Shown here: one piece after another, positions 53,701-64,000 of the stretch
Layout: the number at the start of each line of letters is the position of its first letter
Position numbering within the stretch: the first letter of the stretch is position 1
Source: Paragordius varius
Lineage: Eukaryota; Animalia; Nematomorpha
Reading direction: 5' to 3'
Length of the DNA: 64,000 bases
Assembly (NCBI GenBank): GCA_964247055.1
Contig: OZ176056.1
Coordinates: 6,014,001 to 6,078,000, forward strand
Program-made: the position numbers and the translations under genes
The notes under the pieces: model-generated
Databases searched by the model: none
Told to the model about the DNA's origin: nothing
What the model saw: only the letters and a program-made list of their open reading frames with translations

Positions 53701-55223
53701 GCAGTGATTCTATTATTAGTGCTTTAGGTACTGAGTCGTAAGCCTTTTCTAAATCGACAAAAAGGTGGAATAGTTTAAGACCTTTTTGCTAGGTAATTAT
53801 CTTTTAATTGTCTGAGTAAGAAAATTGGATCGATTTTGCTTTTACCCGCTGAAAAGGCCAATTGCATTAGATTAATTGATATGAGTTGGACGATACGATA
53901 TTTAAGGCTAATTTCAAAGATTTTTAACCCATGTTCAAGAAGTTATAAGGGCCTGTATGAGGAACAGGTTTAGGATACATCCTTTATTTTTGAAGATGGG
54001 AAATATAATGCTTTTTTCCCAGTCTGTGGGTATTTTCATTTCAACTATTATTTTATTAAATAAATTTGTTAGAAGCATGGAAATATTGGGTATTAATTTT
54101 ATGATATAAAAACATAGTTCACTAGGGCCCGAAGCCTTATTTGATTTGATTTGGTCTAAGGCAATTTCAATTTTTTGTATTGTGAATGTCTTTAATGGAC
54201 CACAACAGGGATCTCTGCCAGAATTTATGTTGGGTGTTAAAGGGTTGTTTGGATTTTGATTTATAATTATTGAGAAAATTCGTAAGACCGTATTTCAACC
54301 ACAACAAATAAATATAGCAAAATTAAAGCATCTAAAATTTCTGAATATACTCAAAACACAGATTTACATTTACTTTTATGGAAAATTTTTACACAATTTT
54401 TACATCTGCCAAAAAACTTTGCGGCTTTACAAAACCTATGAGACATCGAAAAAGTTGGTGGTGGAAAATGATATAAAACCATTGTTTCGCGAAATATGCG
54501 AAGCCTATAAAAAACTTAAATTTAAAGATATTCAAATTTTATATAGCCCTAGGATATAAAATTACCCCAAAAGGTAATAGTGTCAAAAAACTAAATAGGT
54601 AAAAATTAAGATTTTAGGTAGGTTAAATTTACCTTCCACGTTGTGGTCAGAGAGTATAGATATTGGTTCGCTATCACGATTCTATATATCATTTTAATAA
54701 AAGGCTTTGAAATTGTTATCAAAAATTGATTTTTTTTAAACAAAATGTAAACTTACAGGATGATTAAGACTTCTTTGGATAATACTACGACTGAGTTGGG
54801 CCATATGCAAAGTATTTAACTTGGAAAACGATTCCAAAATTAGGGGATTTATAATTTTTTTATAATAGGACAAAGCATAGCCGTAAAATTGAATCCCGTC
54901 TTCCTGGGTTAAAATAAAGGGATGAAAATGGCTTGCGCCTTCTATTGTAGTTTTGGATTTGAAATTGAAATCTGTATATATTTTTTGAAAAATACTTTTT
55001 TCTTTTGTGAGTAACTTTAATTTTATACCATATGGACAACATAACTATGGATTAAAAAATGAATATACAGTGACTATTGTATCATCATATTTAATATTAG
55101 TGGAATTGTGTTCGCAAATAATTGATGGTTGAAAATTATTATTTATAGGATTTGTATATTTATCTAAATAAAATAATATTATACCATGGTTTACAAGTTT
55201 TAGCTCATTATTGGGGTTTAGAC
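16390..55223 (-). CDS. DENND5: DENN domain-containing protein 5-like (Rab6-interacting protein 1 family; uDENN-cDENN-dDENN-RUN-PLAT-RUN), multi-exon, 5' end not located
   Basis: Phase-consistent GT-AG exons (minus, 5' to 3'): 55223-55069, 55044-54757, 54681-54633, [52898-52879 uncertain], 46266-46120, 46046-45992, 45667-45474, [44697-44654 uncertain], 44551-44310, 43780-43661, 43102-42852, 41822-41510, 37683-37459, 37151-36933 (or 36927), 29225-29130, 28831-28729, 28668-28641, 28582-28409, 27848-27644, 27543-27208, 27136-27005, 26119-25609, 25292-25137, 21263-21142, 20828-20683, 19740-19613, 19521-19385, 19316-19263, 19093-18903, 18049-17905, 17589-17256, 16567-16390 (TAA). Recalled DENND5 motifs occur in the right order: LCCPYG..FHPFILTQEDG..YGYAL (uDENN), LPIFQY..LLLEKQLLIVSK, YPFEYNHVYVPLLP..FIQAPVPFCMGL (cDENN), FDKEAFL..FETQLF (dDENN), AHWKFVGALLHE..TKRMLKEK, ENTLIGMFCDLLCRVWSHG (RUN), YKRYAFIRC..EQFL..VDYFCFTN, HQNLG..VRNELTG (PLAT), HLLHHYVRLLA..YEDYA (C-terminal RUN). 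Confidence 0.9.
18363..18628. mobile_element. hAT Buster/Charlie-type MITE
   Basis: Termini gagggatgcccaac / ttagacactcctg; perfect 8-bp TSD gtcTAaag (18355-18362 and 18629-18636). Confidence 0.8.
21735..21860 (-). mobile_element. 5'-truncated copy of the tRNA-derived SINE inserted in the left Penelope arm
   Basis: Matches 46935-47050 (ctgtcagccctg(a/g)gcaggcgag...tttaagtcctt(c/a)cc..aaaggaaaaag); absent from the right arm. Confidence 0.65.
21875..21920 (-). ncRNA. Degenerate minimal hammerhead ribozyme motif in the Penelope pseudo-LTR
   Basis: Minus strand caactc-CTGATGA-tgc-ttttgt-gc-GACA-at-TC-gagct: core boxes with GAAA changed to GACA, short stem II, stem I ctc/gag. Confidence 0.5.
22640..24790 (+). 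mobile_element. Decayed Penelope-like retroelement (RT + GIY-YIG endonuclease + 3' pseudo-LTR region)
   Basis: Interrupted plus-strand translation: KPSILLRPIVSY, SVKNLFEL, NNYFTFKNKSYKLKKCIPIGS (Penelope-type RT), then a GIY-YIG-like region (KEHVR..AIV..HW) at ~23950-24230. Confidence 0.75.
24360..24503. mobile_element. 144-bp TA-flanked MITE (Tc1/mariner-type)
   Basis: TA|cagtagcgta..aatattagtccata / tatggactaatatt..tacgctactg|TA, next to a (TA)n run. Confidence 0.75.
29701..29853 (-). pseudogene. Clathrin heavy chain N-terminal propeller gene fragment
   Basis: Translation DYFPFAMQVSNKYGIIYLITKYGYLYLFDTDSATCIYTK*ITNEIIFGTT matches the recalled clathrin heavy chain segment [48 protein letters not shown]; one in-frame stop; no flanking clathrin exons. 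Confidence 0.8.
29865..32850 (-). mobile_element. Decayed Ty3/Gypsy gag-pol, left arm of a fold-back duplication
   Basis: gag CCHC-like CFKCGRIH..CPAFRKECFK..NHC..QC, RT/RNase H remnants (PAPKDKTSLRLFLGLLNF), integrase WEWLHLDIAG; many deletions and stops. Confidence 0.9.
32850..36330 (+). mobile_element. Decayed Ty3/Gypsy gag-pol plus polypurine tract and probable 3' LTR, right arm
   Basis: Reverse complement of the left arm from 32850 onward; DLKGAYLQIPV, AVYLDDVIVTG, YGRKFKTDHKP; PPT aggtaggggataag at 36126-36139 followed by TGT at 36143; LTR 3' end approximate. Confidence 0.9.
37947..41288 (-). mobile_element. hAT (Blackjack-like) DNA transposon with disrupted transposase, in a DENND5 intron
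   Basis: TIRs taaggtgaccaga / tctggtcacctta, subterminal cgggac repeats, 8-bp TSD ggcataaa (37939-37946 and 41289-41296). Confidence 0.92.
38941..40779 (-). pseudogene. hAT transposase pseudogene (BED-type zinc finger, RNase H-like core, C-terminal dimerisation region)
   Basis: ORF pieces 40210-40779 (KCFIC..HDITKHMETQKHK; LYSDASNH..LIRYFD), 39911-40165 (YCADNSNKNFGG..HIIHNAIQ) and 39219-39446; frameshifts and stops between them. Confidence 0.88.
46935..47111 (-). mobile_element. tRNA-derived SINE (tRNA-Lys-like head)
   Basis: Minus strand gtgaTGGTATAGTAGGtagggcgccggactcttacactgcgtgccagaGTTCGAACCCc shows Pol III A and B boxes, followed by a body also found at 21735-21860. Confidence 0.7.
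49850..50973 (-). mobile_element. Non-autonomous CACT-ended DNA transposon, copy 2 (inserted in the RTE LINE)
   Basis: TAA|cactggacaacaaatttt ... aaaatttgttgtctagtg|TAA; reverse complement of 2681-3795; the LINE sequence resumes on both sides. Confidence 0.9.
51390..52518. mobile_element. Second family of CACT-ended element (inserted in the RTE endonuclease) with unexplained internal sequence
   Basis: TTA|cactgctcaacaa..gcaccacc ... ggtggtgc..ttgtcgactagtg|TTA; removing it restores the LINE peptide ..ILMND-N-VINIVSTYTPQ. Confidence 0.8.
53100..54260 (-). mobile_element. Second, 5'-truncated decayed RTE-clade LINE (diverged family)
   Basis: NKASGPS, DWEKSIIFPIFKNKG, FHLFVDLEKAYDSVP, TGLYQGVLSPLLF, GKDRPKLTW. 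Confidence 0.8.
54262..54510 (+). mobile_element. Inverted fragment of the first RTE family
   Basis: Closely matches the reverse complement of ~49600-49850 and lacks the CACT insertion (tataattattgagaaaattcg). Confidence 0.75.
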
Positions 55224-56439
55224 CTAAAACCAAAAAATTTAAAACCATTCTCAATTTAAAAATTTAAATAATAACTTAAAATGGTAACAGATGTTAAATA
55301 CACTGCGTCCAAAATTAGGGGTATAAAAATATTCATAGAAATATATATATATATAAATTCTGAGAGGATAATTATTAAAAATATTATAGTGCTTTTGGTG
55401 TTGGCGCTTACAATTGATATAAGAAATATTATCACGTTTATAGTAACTGGTCCATATCAGAAAATAACAAAATTTACGCACCTTTACACAAAATATCTTT
55501 AAAGAAAGGATAATATTAACATTATAATTTATATAACCTACATAACAATATATTCAAAAAATTAATTTATGGATTTAAGCCCTGGAAGTCCCAAATTATC
55601 TCGCTTTTGTTAAATGGGCTAGTTCTCTTAATATAAACGCAAAAATAAGGATATTGTGCGATAAAGATTTGAATATTAGATATCAACTAAAAATATATTT
55701 TGTAATGTATACCTTTTTTAACAATATATTTTTATCAGAGTTTTGTTGAGGTTTACTTTATACTCTTTTGAGGGATGATGGAAATGGTATAAAAACGCTT
55801 TAAGATTATAAAAAATATATATTTATATAATTCTTAGTTTCTCAACATATCACATCTGAAACAAAAATATTCGTTCTCTCTCAAATAAAAAAATTTTTTT
55901 TTTCAGATATTTACTATTTAAAAACAAACGAACCTTTAAATTAATGATGAAGCGATGAAAATGTTGAGTATTATCCAATTTATAGAAGTAGTGTTTTTAT
56001 AATATCTTATCGCGTGTTTATGCCGTTTTTATCATCTTTTATTGGGGGTAGTACCTTAGAGCTTTTATTGTCATGAAAATTGTTTTGGTACATATTCCCA
56101 TGTATTAGATAAAAAATACATATTTCACCACTGGTCCCAAATTCTGGTAGCCCCAAAACACGAATGAAGATGCACCGTGATATTTAAATCGATATAACTG
56201 GGAGCCTAATTCAATAAAAGGGCGGAGCTATTGTCGGGGCAATGTAATATTTTTTTGACATTTGGATTTTAATGGGTCTACCCGTTTTCCGGAAACAGAT
56301 CAAAGCCAGCATTTTCCATTTTTATAATATATAGATCATAATGATCGGAAATGGTGATATAAACATTCCGAACCAAAAGATTTTATGATAATAACAATAA
56401 TTATACAAGTATTTTTTGTTAAAATGTATTTTTATCACT

Positions 56440-56510
56440 CGTGACCCCATAATTTCGCTACGCTACTCCGAATGGGGTCGCGACCCATAGTTTAGGAAGC
56501 CTGCTTTAGA
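56440..56510. mobile_element. hAT (Charlie/Buster-type) terminal remnant
   Basis: ggggtcgcgacccatagtttaggaagcctgc resembles hAT subterminal/terminal motifs; the other end was not found. Confidence 0.4.
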
Positions 56511-57949
56511 ATGTTCTACCATAAAAAGAAGTTTTTTATATAAACACAAAATCTTTTTGGGATATTATAAATAATTTTGACATAATATTTGTTTAAATAC
56601 ATTTGCATTTTTTAACAAAATTTAAGCTATAAACGATGATTTGGTTTTTTTGGCTGATTTAGAAAATAGAATACATATCAGTCCCTATAAATTGTCTAAA
56701 TCAAAATCTTATTAAAAGATTTATCCAATAATTATTTAAATCTATGAGAGTTATGTTTTTTACCCTCCTAAAAGCGGTCACATCATGATACAATTGATCA
56801 AGACATCTAAAAATGTTACTTACTTATACATAGGAAAATACCAAGGCTTGTAACCCGAGCCTAAATTTGGAATCGGTTCCAAAACAGTTTTCAAAATTTT
56901 ACCTTCTTAGATTTTCCATTCAGTTTTAGAACTGGTTCTCAATAGGATAAAACCGATTCTTAAAATGGTCCCGATCGTATATCCAAATATCTGTTAATTA
57001 TTCTGAAAACATCCATATCTAAGCACCTATTATATTAAATTAGATATGCAAGGGTTAATTCATTTATTTCGAATCAGCTTTTTGCAGTTTTATCATCTCA
57101 CAAATTCCTTTAGTCATAATATCCAAAATTTCTTCCCTGCAGAAATAAATTATTAATTGGTTGTTTTTGGACGAATTGAAAATTAATTAGTAGCAATGTT
57201 TTGTTGAAAATTTTTATATATTTTCATACATACTATTTTTTCTTTTAAAAATTAAATAATTTATGTTTGCCCTCGCCATAACTCTGGTGCCTTTGAGATT
57301 CGATTTAATAAATTTGTGGTTAAATCTTTTTAATAATGGTTGAATGATTATTTTAACCAGAATCATTAAAAATGCTTACTGTAACCATTTTAAAAATACC
57401 TTTTTTAAAATTTTAAACTTAATGGTTAAAGGTTTCTTTTCTTAAAATAATAAAGTTTGTTGCGAACCACTAATAGAAATCTCGTTGATAATCCTGCAAA
57501 TTTGGAGAAAACGTTCTAAGTGTAACTTTTAATGTTCAAAATTAGCGTTATGTGATCTTTTACTTTATAATTCCCATTTATAGCATTAATGGTATTCTTG
57601 TACTTCAAAATACTTTACATAAAGTGGTTTTTTATCCTCAATTGCAAAAATAATGTTTTAAAGGATCTGACAAAAAAAGGCATACAGATGCATTTTAAAT
57701 CATTATATAAGCGTGTAAACAGAACCGGTTAAAACGCTTGAAAATTTTAACTCCTTCCAGTTCCTGTTCTTTATATTTTTTGGTTTCGAAACCGTTTTTT
57801 AAATTGGATATTCCAAAACGGTTTTAAATTGTTAAAACTGTTTTGGTTTAGCCCTGGAAAATACATAATATTTCGCATAAAATTTCTGTGTGTAAAAACC
57901 TTTATTGATAAATTAACAGTAAATGCAAAATGTAGATCATAACTGATAT

Positions 57950-63951
<6,002 letters not shown>

Positions 63952-64000
63952 CTGAAGCCAATATTGGAAAATTTAAAAATTGTGCATATGCCGCTGTTAT

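Noticed and set aside
56060-56330. YRFKYHGASSFVFWGYQNLGPVV resembling an F-box-associated domain
   Set aside because: Short, closed by stops, and no compatible neighbouring exons; the similarity could be chance.

Overview
AT-rich, intron-containing animal (probably protostome invertebrate) genomic DNA. I could reconstruct three host genes by hand: (1) a ~30-exon DENND5/Rab6IP1-like gene on the minus strand (uDENN-cDENN-dDENN-RUN-PLAT-RUN, ~55.2 kb to 16.4 kb; first exon not found); (2) most of an AMPA-type ionotropic glutamate receptor gene on the minus strand (continues beyond 64 kb); (3) a three-exon, 90-aa secreted Cys-containing protein on the plus strand (14416-16060) that the ORF track misses. 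Introns and intergenic space are filled with decayed transposons: Ty3/Gypsy, Penelope-like (with a degenerate hammerhead ribozyme motif), RTE LINEs, a tRNA-derived SINE, hAT elements and MITEs, CACT-ended elements with 3-bp TSDs, and a Helitron-like element. The most striking pattern is that three unrelated transposon classes each form a kb-scale fold-back inverted duplication inside DENND5 introns. Other highlights are a 24-nt GT-AG intron and a clathrin heavy chain fragment fused to a Gypsy end. All homology calls are from manual translation and motif recall; no database search was run and identity values are by-eye estimates.
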